Of a stretch of DNA of 64,000 bases, positions 26,076 through 37,797 are shown one piece after another. The notes under the pieces are model-generated. The model saw nothing but the letters and a program-made list of their open reading frames with translations. It was not told the origin of the DNA and searched no databases. A program made the position numbers and the translations under genes. Position 1 is the first letter of the stretch. Every line of letters starts with the position of its first letter. This stretch comes from Botryllus schlosseri (taxonomy: Eukaryota): contig CM119372.1 of NCBI GenBank assembly GCA_051294905.1, positions 1,986,001 to 2,050,000 of the forward strand. The letters are read 5' to 3'.

Positions 26076-27679
26076 TTGTTGAATTCTGCGTTAGTTAGCT
26101 ATAATAAAAAGGTAACTCTCCGGCTCAGCTCCCGAAATAGCCACCGGTCGTCTCAGTCGAATTTTACTCTATCTTTAACCAAAATTCTCAAAAAAGAGAA
26201 CATTTGGGCGTCCTCCGAGGTCAAAGTCAAAAAAGAGGACAAATCCTCCTAAAAGAGGACGCATGGTAACACTACTTAAACTACCGGCACGTGAAACATA
26301 AGTTCCTGGGAGTCAGCATATGCAAGCATCGGATTTTTTGATCATCCATCCGCTATACAGGCCTAAATTTCATGATTTCATATTTGTTAAAAAAAATCAG
26401 CATAATCGTAGCCATTGACGTCAGATCATTCATGGATTTGCGTAATCTAACATAACTAAAGCTTGAAATCTACCCTTCCCCCCGCCCCAGTATGGAGTTG
26501 AGTTTTTCTTGCACTGTACATTGCACAAGTACATTCACACCCGTGTACCACCCCGGATATATGTGTAAATGGGTATGAATATACATCCTTTAGTACACCG
26601 AAACCAGAACCCACCTTTAACTTACACCGCGGTATAAATCGAACACAACATTGTAATCCAAATTATGTTTGCCCATCATTACGTAGGACTTGGAACCGTG
26701 ATATAATTCTGATTAGGTTATGTTTTCGTGTACACTCTTAGGGTGTGAGTGGGCACTTATTTCGCTAAAAGTTTGGGTTCAGCTGAGCTGCTATCCATTT
26801 CGTTTCGAAAATCCATGACTTCTAACAGTTTAAATTTCAATCAAACAAAGATCTAATTAATATATCCACCTCTTATGGATCGCACGATGTAAATCTTTTA
26901 TTGGTTCGGGTAAATGGTATAGGCCTACATTCAGTAGCATAAATATACTGGATTTACTGACCACTCATATTTTCTCATTTTCAGAGTCTTAAGACCAGAG
27001 TCAACGGCAAAGTGAAAAGCACGTATAAAATAAAAGTGCCCAAAACCAGATATCTCGAGCAGTATTGCATATCCGAGTCATTGTGCCCATTACTCGTCAG
27101 TATAGTAATCAGAGGATAAATAAATTAATTGGTATTGCTAGTCAGCTACGCTACTTTGTAGACAGTAGTGCTCGCTCTTGCCTCCCGACAGGGATACCAT
27201 ATTTTAAGATCCGAAGTCTTGATCGTACCCGGTCGGATTTATTAAGGCTCGGTGCGTTATACAAAGGGCATCATTCTCAAAAGTTGTACAGTACAGTGCC
27301 GTTTCGAAATTGACAAGCAATGCGCTGCAGGATACAACATCTAGTTCAAAATATGTTGTGGAGAATAACCCGAGCTATCAGTATAAGTAACAGTTTATTA
27401 ATATTTTCATCATTTCAAAACACCACAAAACTGCGATACAATGTGAAGATAGGAAGGTGTCGAGACGAGTTGGAGTAGCAAGCGTGACGGGAGTGTTATA
27501 ACGGAGAATTGGCAATCCGAAATAACGCCAAATTCATTTGACATGAATTAAAATAAAGTATCGTCGGTGGATATTTCGCGATGACCGATACAATGAAAAA
27601 CGTTTTGATTTGACAGATTTTGTCGAATGTTAGTTTGCAATGAGAACTCAGGGATATATAGAACTATTGTTCTACTATC

Positions 27680-28117
27680 CAGTGGTCGGGAACCTTTTTC
27701 GACTGAAGAGCCATACTAGCCCAATATTTCCAATTGTAACTCCCAAAGAGCCATACATGTCAATCAACTGTTACGTCACAATTGAAAATTCGTGACGTAT
27801 TGGTAGCACTAATATATGGGATTCGTAGTATATGCGCCATAATTATGTGCCGTGCCCACATGCATAAGTGGAACCATACATGAGGATTTTCAAATGGGGG
27901 GGGGGGGTACGAACCCTCAACCCTGGTTACCCCACTGTCTTAACCTCTAAAAGACATGTTTATGCTGTCACGAGAATATTTATTCGGGCCGTCATGAAAA
28001 TTTACCAACAAGTTGCAGCAATAGTGAATTAAGTGCAAAATTAAAATTTGTCAAAGAGCCATATCTTATACCCAAAAGAACCAGAAATGGCTCGCGAGCC
28101 ATAGGTTCCGACCACTG
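27680..28117. mobile_element. hAT-type MITE (short member of the 35877-37600 family)
   Basis: TIR CAGTGGTCGGGAACC / GGTTCCGACCACTG; flanks share TACTAT. Confidence 0.75.
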
Positions 28118-31100
28118 TACTATACATTCATACGTCCTTACTACACCATCTACGGCGAGGCCATTTTTCTTCATCGCCCCCCGTACCGTCCCCTTCCCCC
28201 CGAGCTTTTCCGCCCCTTCAAAATCTAAATCGTCCGCTGGGGGCGCTGGAGACAAGGTTAAGTACGAACCACTGCTGTAATGCCAAGCGCTATTCCATTC
28301 TCTTGACCGATAACCACGCAAATAGCTGAGGAATGTAGCTAATTTTTGTCTGGAACTTGCATATATCAATTCGGTATCTTGCCCGTCCCTGCCCTAGCAG
28401 TTCACCTCAGTTTATTATTAAATCGCTATCTAATCAATCCACCACAAGATTCCGATCCAATGAAAAGATAGGAAGGTGTCGAAATGACTTGGAGTAGTCT
28501 TTGAAATCAGACACCCACCTTGGCCTCGGCGGAGTAAAGAAGAGTCATGCACACTGTATGGAAAGTAGCAATAGAAGATAATAAAGACAAACAACAAATG
28601 AGGTGTCATATGATGGTAGGCCAGGTCGATATATCGGATCGTGGTCCAGCAATCTCGGGCTCTCTGACTTATATTTATTCAATAGAGCCTGCTTGTATTT
28701 CGATTTGAATGTTGACATGCTCGTCGACTGGCGGATAGCAAGCGATATACTGTTCCACAGTCCAGGTCCGGCATATTTGATAGAGCGAAGATCTTTTAGG
28801 TCTACCGTATGGCAATTGTACGACGTGGCCGCGCGTGTGTCGTTTTATGCCCTTTTGATTCCGAGGTAAAGAAGTCATTTGAAATATTCGGGGCAAAAAC
28901 CGCAGTGGAACTGACGCATAAACTTGGCAATTTCCCGTTTCCGAATCTTTTTAGCTGCGACTTGTTGGTTGGACGGACAACCAGGCCCTAGCTATGATAC
29001 GGCGTAGCATGTAACCGCATGCAGTATTAAAGCAGTAGATTTCGGCTTGCACAATTTAGTCGTCATGTGGTTAAATACTTCAAAAGATAACGATATATAG
29101 CACAAAAAATCGACAAGAAAGGTGGACATAGAATACGAAAATAGGCAAAAACAAAGAGAAGCCACAAAAATGACAATAAATTTAAAAATACATTTGACAT
29201 ACGACAGGTTACTAGCTTTCTGAGTCGCGATCCATAATTCCAATATCGAAAACTGTAATCCGGTAAAATGTAACAATCAAAGTATTTTGTACTGATTGTG
29301 ATTCTGTTGAACTGACAAGTTTCATAAGAGTCATACAAAGCGGTTGTTACAGCATTGAGATACTCAAATATGCAGTGTTACGAAGGAGATTTCATGCCAT
29401 TCAAACGTAAAAATGAATACACATTACAACATTTATTGCAACTGGATCAACATAGTCCATTGATCTTAGGTATGAAGGCTTTTTGAATCAAGATAGTTGT
29501 CTTGTGAATGTACCAGACCGGTTGTAACATCAGTCGAATGCAAGGTACTGGTGTAAGAATGAGAGTCGTTGAGAATGACATTGTTAGACGTAATAAAACC
29601 ACATCAGATGCTGTTACAAGTTGGATTTACAAAACAAATGGTGTTGCAAGTTGCATTCATTACATACTCGATTGCAAACCTGACTGAAACGGGTCTTTAT
29701 CAGTAACCATAATTGACACGATTATCAAAGTGATTTGATCACCAGAATCACCGAACGTATCCGATCCCGACACACAAATAACATACTAAGAAGAACAAAC
29801 ACCTTAGCCAAAATGCAACATCTTGCCAACTAGACCACCCTCGACGTGCATTAAATGAGAAAATAAATGAAAATATGAAGAACATTGGAAACCATTCAAG
29901 GTTACGGCATCGCATGAACTGCAAAGCTACAATCATTGTCGCATTATACATGAAATTTAGGAGAAATCTTGGGACATGACACTCCGGAAACAGTCCTCAT
30001 TCGAGTATAATTTCACAACTGCATTCATTGCAGTAAAGAATTTATCAACTCGAAGACTTTTCGTGTGCCCCTTATCGAGAGTTAACGGCATAATAACAAG
30101 CATACAGAAGGAGATTCAAACTAAAACCAAATTGGCAAAAGTATGACGTAATAATACAATAATAAAAAATTAACGCTAGGCAAAGTCAGCTGTACCGATA
30201 GTTATAACAAGAGACGAGAGAAAATCAGATTATACAATAATGCACGGAAGACAACACACAGACAAATAGCGGTATATATCAATGGGATATTTTGAGAATA
30301 TATAGAAACTCTTTCTGCCGACATTCGATACTCGAGAATGAAAATCTCGATTGTCTTTTCCACTGTGGATGGCTGTGAGCCTCAATTGGGCATATCGCAG
30401 CATACGAAACACGTAGCACAAAGCAACGTTCGTTAGTAAAAATCAAGTATCTGTGAACCTACAGCATTGTCGCAGTATGCAATGAAGTGGGCTTGTCCGA
30501 ACAAATGCCAAATTACAGACACGTGGAGTAGAAATGGCGCTATATTTTTGTGGGCACGCAAAAGGTTCACATTTCAACTTTCCACATCTTCCACTTGAAG
30601 CATAATACTCAATTCAAAATTGAATTACATGGACACTCAATTTTGCCCAGCCCTGCTGACCGCCACTAAACAACGAACGCGTTATATCTCACGCTCAAAT
30701 ATACACACCCAAGCAGTGTCTAGAATATGTTTTTGAGGCATAAGGCATGGGAAACGGACTGAAAACCACGGCTTTTTCAAAGTCGGTCAATTATTTACAA
30801 CCCTAATGTCTAATTGGCTATAGGTGCTTAAATAACTCGTGGCGAAATATCCTGTCGTGGCAATCCGAACAAATAACATCCCTCAGCGAAAAATCAATTG
30901 CCACTGAAGAAATACCAATTTTGAATCGTGTTCTTCTTTTAGTTAAGTATGTTTATGCTATTTCAAAATCTTTTGCCTATATACTATATTAACATGTAAC
31001 GATGGGGGAGGGGGGGGCGGAGCCACCAATAAAAGTTAGGTTTATCACCCTATGGGGGGAGGCAAATACCAACGCTTTTGGGGGAGGCTGGCGAAGTGCT

Positions 31101-32174
31101 GTTAAGGCCCTGCCTCTCACCCATTGTTTTTATAACCGTCCTTAAAACATGCTGGCCGCATTTGTACTGCTTTCTTCTCAGATTGCTGGGACGGAACTGT
31201 GCTATTTCGACGACCGGAGATATCAATATCCATGGTTTTGGCCAACCAACGACGATCTTGGGCAAGGTTTTATAACTGCAGATCTTGTTGGCACCTATCC
31301 TTGCCCAGCTGTGTGATGGCCAAAACTTCTTGTCTCCATGTGTTCCGACACTGAAGGGATTGGCTTCGAAATACCTGTATCACATGGTCCCGGACCCGTT
31401 AGTTTCACACCCCCACAGTGAAGCATACCAACGGTATCCGACGGTCTTTTCCAGACAAACCAATGTCGGACAAATCTTGTCATGAATTTAAACCAATTTG
31501 TTTAATACGAAGGTCGACAGATTTTCATGATCAAGCCATTTTGTAGCAACGGCTTTTCTGCGTGTCTCGCTTATTGGCTATAGGCCTAGTACAAAATACA
31601 CTGACCTCGAACACGCACAAACTATCCACAAATAATCGCGGCAAGCGCGAAGAATTCTTTTCGTTGCAAGAAATTCAACAAATATGACATACATATCAAA
31701 AGATCACTCTGGTGCCGTTGCGGCCAATACTTTAAGAATCCCTTTGTTTACACCATGAATCTATCAATCAGAACCGTATCTTCCGCGAAGTAACCAAAAG
31801 ACACGGAGAAAGTAAAGCGCCGACCGATATGGATGATTGTCTCAAACTGTGCAATAACTAAATTGGGACACACAAATAAGTAAATGCTGTTCAATCGCTG
31901 ACGGGTGGGATGAAATAATCGACCGACACACAGAAAATGGAAATTCTCAATTCTGAGGAAGGTTATGTTTTGGTGTATACCACCGTTTGATTGCCAATGC
32001 ACATTACACAGCACTTATTGAAAACCATGACCTCGACCCCGCACGTATCCATAGTGCTTAGAACTCGAAATATGTATGTTTAAGATTGGGCTTGATGTAA
32101 TGAGCAGGACGCAATGGAGCCGCCGCTTCCCGCGTAATGTAATTTAATCTGATAATGAGTAACGCAAGATAACA

Positions 32175-35100
32175 TTAAGGAATCGCCGCGACTGTATTCT
32201 CCATCACTGAGCTCATAAGTGACGAACCCTCATCGACAGTTTCAGATGTCTCCGAATCGCTGTCTTCCTCATCCCGAATCCTACACTTCAGGATATGATG
32301 CGTCACCAAATGATGAATAAGATACGCAAATATTTGAGTCATCGGTATAACGATAAAAACCAGAATCGAACACAAGATAGCCCCCCTTGCCGGTTCCTTT
32401 GACCAATCGAATAGATCCGGATAAATAGCGTGAATCACGCCCGTCCAATGCAAGATTAAAGTAAAGAATATATACGCGACTAGTACGATTTCTGCGTATA
32501 AGAATCGGAGAAGTCGAACAGGTAGGGCGCTGACGCACAAATCGACGGTCACGATCGCTCCGAGTACGGCTTGACGATGTAAGCTATCTCTCAACGTGCC
32601 CTCCCGCAAAGGAACGAGGAGGAACGTTACTGCGAACGATAAAGATGTCGAGACAGTCTTGAGGATCAATGTGGCTCTTTGGTACCAAAATAAATGATCT
32701 GAAATCAATACAAACTGTTATTACTCCTGTTCTCGGTTATAAAATATCAGGTAGGTACAGTGTCGTAGGAGCATATGCTGGCGCTCATGGCTTTCGTTGA
32801 AGATGCCGCCCAAGAAATAGTTTCAATCTTCTTAATTATATTCACTGGAAACCTGGTCTTGTTGACTAAAACAAGGTCATCACCGCCACCCATGGCGCAG
32901 AGCCATAAACGCCAAGTGGTTGCTACGCCACTGGGTAGGTAGGTATTAGGGGGTAATGGGGCTTAGCTACTCGGCTTTTTGCCCCAAGACGATATCTGGC
33001 GACAATGACTCCTGTACTATTTCAATAGTTTACAATTCTTATATATCCTTCCCACTTGAAATCGTGAATTCGATGACTGGTCATATAGTATGACCATCTG
33101 TGAGTATAGGGACTCTGACGTTAGTGGTCCTTTATTCCACTAGACGATTAATTCTGTTGCAGGGTTGTAACCAAGTCACAATGTTCAGGGTCACAAGTAA
33201 ATTTTACTTTTATAGTTTTTACTACACTCAAGTCGAGTCATTTTCAATTCACCACCGGGTCTAGTCTGAGTCTAAGTCAGGGGGCAACGGGTCGAGTCGG
33301 AATCATCGTGTTGAGACTCGAGTCCGAGTGCAAGTCATGGTGTTCACTGTTTATTATCGAGATCAAGTCAGGTTCAACTGACTTCTATGAAAAAATGCAT
33401 TTTATTGACCAATTTTTCAGGTAACAGTCCTGATACACAAGACTTGTATCATGTCATCTAGAATGTCTCCAGTAATATGACTTGATGGAGTCATACGCAA
33501 TGTCCGACTCGAGTCATTACAACCCTGCACAAATAAACGTTTTCCACAATTATCGTCCTGTGGGAGATAATAGTCTGACAGTACCTTTGGTAAATACGGG
33601 GCCTTAGACGCATTCATGCGATAGCTGGTTGTTATGGGGGCGAATCGAGACCATTTCTAGGCACTCTGGTTTAAATCAGTGGTTCCCAACGTGGGCGATA
33701 TCGCCCCTCAGTGGGAGATTTTGAGAAACAAGGGGCGAAAACACCAAAGGGGGCGATTGAGGGCGGCAGGGGGCGAAAATGTTAGAACGTCCAGTGAAAC
33801 ATGGCGTATTTAATTATCACGGCCAAAAATGCACGTGAAGACAGCTTATTCTGCACATGACGCGAAAGTTGACTACAAAAAGGTCAACACAACGGAAAGT
33901 GGTCGAGGAAACCGGTTTTTCTAGCACCGTCTCGGAAAATGACCTTTTAATAGTCAATTCACCAGCGATCAGAGTTAGGTGAATAAATTCCCCATTTATA
34001 TATATATCCTCTTTTTCGAGTCCGTAAATATGTAGGGACGGAAATTTGTGTCGAGCTTTGTAAGGGAGCGATTAGTCGAAAAGGGTTATGAACCACTGAG
34101 AACGAGTGACTTGAAACTGACACATGAAAAGAGAGTCTGGATAGTCATTAGGACTAATTTACACATTACGAATCGGTGTTTATTGAGCGGTGCTTTCACG
34201 ATGTGAATAGACCCTCTTCACTTCTACAATCTTCACCTGCGTGGGTAGGATGATTTTTAACCACGAGCCCTTCGACCGCCACGGCAAAGCTCGCCATAAG
34301 ACTCAATATCAAAATCCATTCACTCCAGTGATTGAAGTAGGCGTAGTAAAACTTCCAATGCGGCGTTTTAGAACTTGCTACCATCCCAGAGATTGTCCAT
34401 ATGATCCAGTACAACAACAGGAAACCACGATATACCACATATGTAATTCTTCTATCTGACCACTGTCAAAAAGAAAGTAGATTTGAATCAGATGTAGGGG
34501 AGATGTGGTACCGATGGATCAAAAATTGGAAAATGGTCGCTGGCCCCGAAATGTTCAGCCGAAAACAGCAGATCTTTTGCTGGCTCAGCACTTTGATACA
34601 AGCTCTACCTATCGCGCACATATACATGAATACCCGTCTTTTCAAAAAATATTTATGGACGTTCAAAAGTTGTTGCTCGAACGTGTCATCGGTCCCCACC
34701 CGGTGGGTCCAATGACACACGACCCGGCGACCTATGACACATATACCCTAAAAAACTCAAATGTGACTACTTTTCTTGCTCAGTATCATAATCTAAGCTG
34801 CTGCAAGCCAAAGAAGAATGTTTGGTCGCAACTGTTAAAAAATAGAAAAAATTATAACTCAAATGTTGTCATAAAATCACGTTTCGATTTAGGCTCGAAC
34901 TTATAAATTTCTGGGTACATACATATTGCCCGAAAATCGACAGTGTGACTTCCAAATACCTCGTTATAGCGATAAAACATCATATCCAATTATTAGATAA
35001 AGATTTTCTGTACGTAGGCATGTTTCATTTGTTTCATGATTAGTATGCTTGATTATTTTGCTTGATTTGGCTATTGTATCATAGGTCCCCACCCTACGAA

Positions 35101-37797
35101 TTTTATACATGAATCGAAAAAAGTCCACTCAAGGAAAGTACTGAAAAAAATAATAGGTGCCATTATATAGCCTGATACAAGCCCTACACTTCACACTAAA
35201 AATTATTGCTGGTTTGTTCGTGTTGAAGGTTACAAAGAAAAATGTATATGTCGATCTAAATTTAGTGTAGACCCCCCAAAACAAAAATCATCTGTGAGAG
35301 ACCCCATAGCTCGCCCACGTCGAATTGTTTTGTATGTGAGGAAAGATTTTGCCAGCATGCAATTGTAGACAAGTTCACGAAGTGTAATCATGGAATTATC
35401 ATAGAGAATTTTCAAAGTATTTTCGGTCCCAGTGATCCATCGGTACCACATCTCCCCTACAGCAGCATACACGCAAATCTCTCCTGAGCTCGAACTTGCG
35501 GGTTTAAACAACAGTTTAAACAACTTTAAACAACAGTTTAAGAAACATTTAGCTATATGCACAATGCCAGGAGCTCGCTAACTAGGCCTCACCTGTCGTC
35601 ACCATAGGTAGAAGTGAATAGTGAACCCCTTCAATGATTATAATATTGGTACACTACTGAATGACTAATTTGACTAATTTCTAGCATTTTTACATCTCAG
35701 ATCACGAGATTTGCATACTTATTGTTCACGAAGAGTGCAAAATGAAATATGACGCAGAGACACGCCAAGTCTCACCTGTGACAGCGACCCGACTTCACAC
35801 ATTAAGAAATGGCATCAATCGAATGATGTCGGACTGCTTTAGATATGGGGTGACCATATAACCTAATTGTCTATATCAGTGGTCGGGAACCTTTTTCGTC
35901 CTAAGAGCCATATTGACCCTATATTTTCCATTTCAACTCCCAAAAGAGCCATACATGTCAATCAACTCTTGCGTCACAATTGAAAAATCGTGACGTCATG
36001 GTAGCACAAATTCGAAATTACTACATGGGATTCGTCATTTGCACCTTATTGTCTCTGTAAAAACTCGTACTAATCATGCTGGTTGCCTTGTTTGAGTAAT
36101 GAGTAAGCGAAACTAGAGTTGCGTAGATATTTTGCAAGTTATATATTTTAAATTGTATTGCACTGAGAGGGATATGATATTTTTCGAAGCTTAAGACAAT
36201 TAACAGACGTAGACAGCAGTAAAAGTATTAATCTACTTTTACACGCTTTTTGCAGTTAGTGCGTCTTTTGGTGGTGTTGCATGGTATTCCTGCTGGCTTT
36301 GTAGTCTGATTGTTGATAATTGTTGAGGTTAAGCTTCATACAAAATTCCGTCTTCCGTCAGTGATACGAGATCGTAGGTTCGTCTTGATGCTATTCCAAA
36401 ATTCGAGGCCCCATGATTAGGCTTACCATACGTCCCGTTTTAGGCGGGACAGTCCCGCTTTTTAACGTCTTGTCCCGGCGTCCCGACCAGTCAGCCAAAC
36501 GTCCCGCTTTTTAAGGCCGACGGCTATTTTTAGGTCTGAGCGGAAAGATGACCTTTTTTTTTTTTAGTCAACCGATCACAAAGTGGGATAAATTCACCGG
36601 TTTTTGAGAATTCTTCTCCGGTTTTGCAAGCCTCGGATTTCTGATAAAGTGTCCCCCTTTTAGATTTCCAAAAAATGGTAAGCCTACCCATGATGGCATA
36701 TGTAGGTGGATCCAAACATGGTCACTATACATCATTATACATACCCATTGTAATGTGTGGTGCGTCAGTGAGGTGGGGTCAGGGGAGGCACGTAGGGCAG
36801 TGCATCACCTGTCTACCAGATTTTGAACATTTTTACTACCAAAATGATGCAACTTACCAAATTATTGTTCGAAAATAAAGCGTGAAAGGAGAGGTGAGGC
36901 ATAGGTGAGGAACGGCCGGGCCTTACCTTACCTTTGATAGCGCAATTAATCGTAAATACCATAGAATTTATAATAACTGATATTAATCGAATGTAATTGC
37001 GGCACTGATTCCAATTCGACTTTTCCATTCTCAAAATATTCGGCGGTAACATAACGTTGAGCCACACGCCTACATTTTTAAAGCGACTATACAAAGCTAC
37101 GTTATCAATCAAGAACGTGGATAGCTATGGCGTTGTTTGTAATTTGAATTTGTAATTGTGAATGTCACTTCCACGGCAGTTCATTTCTCGCCGTGGACCA
37201 GGAAGACAATGTGTATTTGAAAATTGCATTGTGATACAGGAGCCGCCGTATCTCCTAACGAAACTCTTTAATCAATCAACGTATCGTGCAATCCAAGATT
37301 TCGTGGCGGGTACATCGAATTCAGGAGTGATAGTGGTCGCCGGCGCGACAGCAACTTGAATTTGAGAATTTTGAAAAGGGGGTTTGAACCCCTAACCCTG
37401 AATACGCCACTGTATTAAACTCTCAAAGACATGTTTATATTGCCACAAGAATAATTATGCAGGTCGTGATGAAGATTTAAGAACAAGCTGCTGCAATATT
37501 GATAAATTAGGCACCAAAATAAAAAAAAAATCGCAAAGAGCCATATGTTCTGCCCAAAAGAGCCATATATGGCTCGCGAGCCATTGGTTCCCGACCACTG
37601 GTCTATTTGATAAGTCTAATAGATAAGTCTATATGACCACAATTATATAGGAAATCACAGAAAAAGGAACGTACCTGTGAAACATAAAAGTGAATAGGTT
37701 TGACTTCTTCCTCTAATGATAAATTTGTGATCCGACATTCTTGCCGCCAAGTTACGTTCCTCTGTTGAAGTCGTTGTTTCCAGTACGGGGTCTCCAT
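32175..37797 (-). CDS. Protein rolling stone-like multi-pass membrane protein, 3 exons, about 290 aa
   Basis: Exons 37797-37675 (…WRQECRITNLSL…FYVSQ), 34462-34237 (W…YVVYR…YFNHW) and 32698-32175 (DLCVSALPVRLLRF…YIFFTLILHWTG…IYPDLFDWSKEP). AG/GT sites with matching phases; 873 nt open. The exon-2 donor position is a best guess. Confidence 0.8.
34497..35457. mobile_element. Tc1/mariner-type MITE with TA target duplication
   Basis: Perfect TIR GGGGAGATGTGGTACCGATGGATCA flanked by TA on both sides; about 30 nt from the exon-2 acceptor of the rolling stone-like gene. Confidence 0.8.
35877..37600. mobile_element. hAT-type non-autonomous element with nested MITE (36418-36686)
   Basis: TIR CAGTGGTCGGGAACC, TSD GTCTATAT/GTCTATTT. 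The inner element has TSD CCCATGAT and TIR TAGGCTTACCAT. A related partial copy lies at about 7100-8069. Confidence 0.85.

Larger units (their letters stand above)
13506..30805. mobile_element. Foldback/hAT-type TIR-bounded segment with gene cargo
   Basis: About 85-bp terminal inverted repeat TAGGGTTGTTCAGAATTGACCGACTTT (13506) / AAAGTCGGTCAATTATTTACAACCCTA (30805); flanks ATGTCCAT / ATGTCTAA (6/8). Long inverted arms at about 13580-15930 versus 16165-18336. Confidence 0.6.
13104..31112. mobile_element. Split host hAT-like element (13104-13505 + 30806-31112) containing a 17.3-kb insertion
   Basis: TSD CCTCTTAC (13096-13103) / CCTCTCAC (31113-31120). The ends match those of 869-3919. The two halves join to give the sequence seen contiguously at about 2390-2620. 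Confidence 0.7.

Noticed and set aside
18950..30600. Direct repeats at about 18950-19215 and 30350-30600 as LTRs flanking the cargo
   Set aside because: The same sequence recurs at about 22815, 38600 (inverted) and 57290, and no TG..CA ends, PBS or gag/pol were seen; it is a dispersed repeat.
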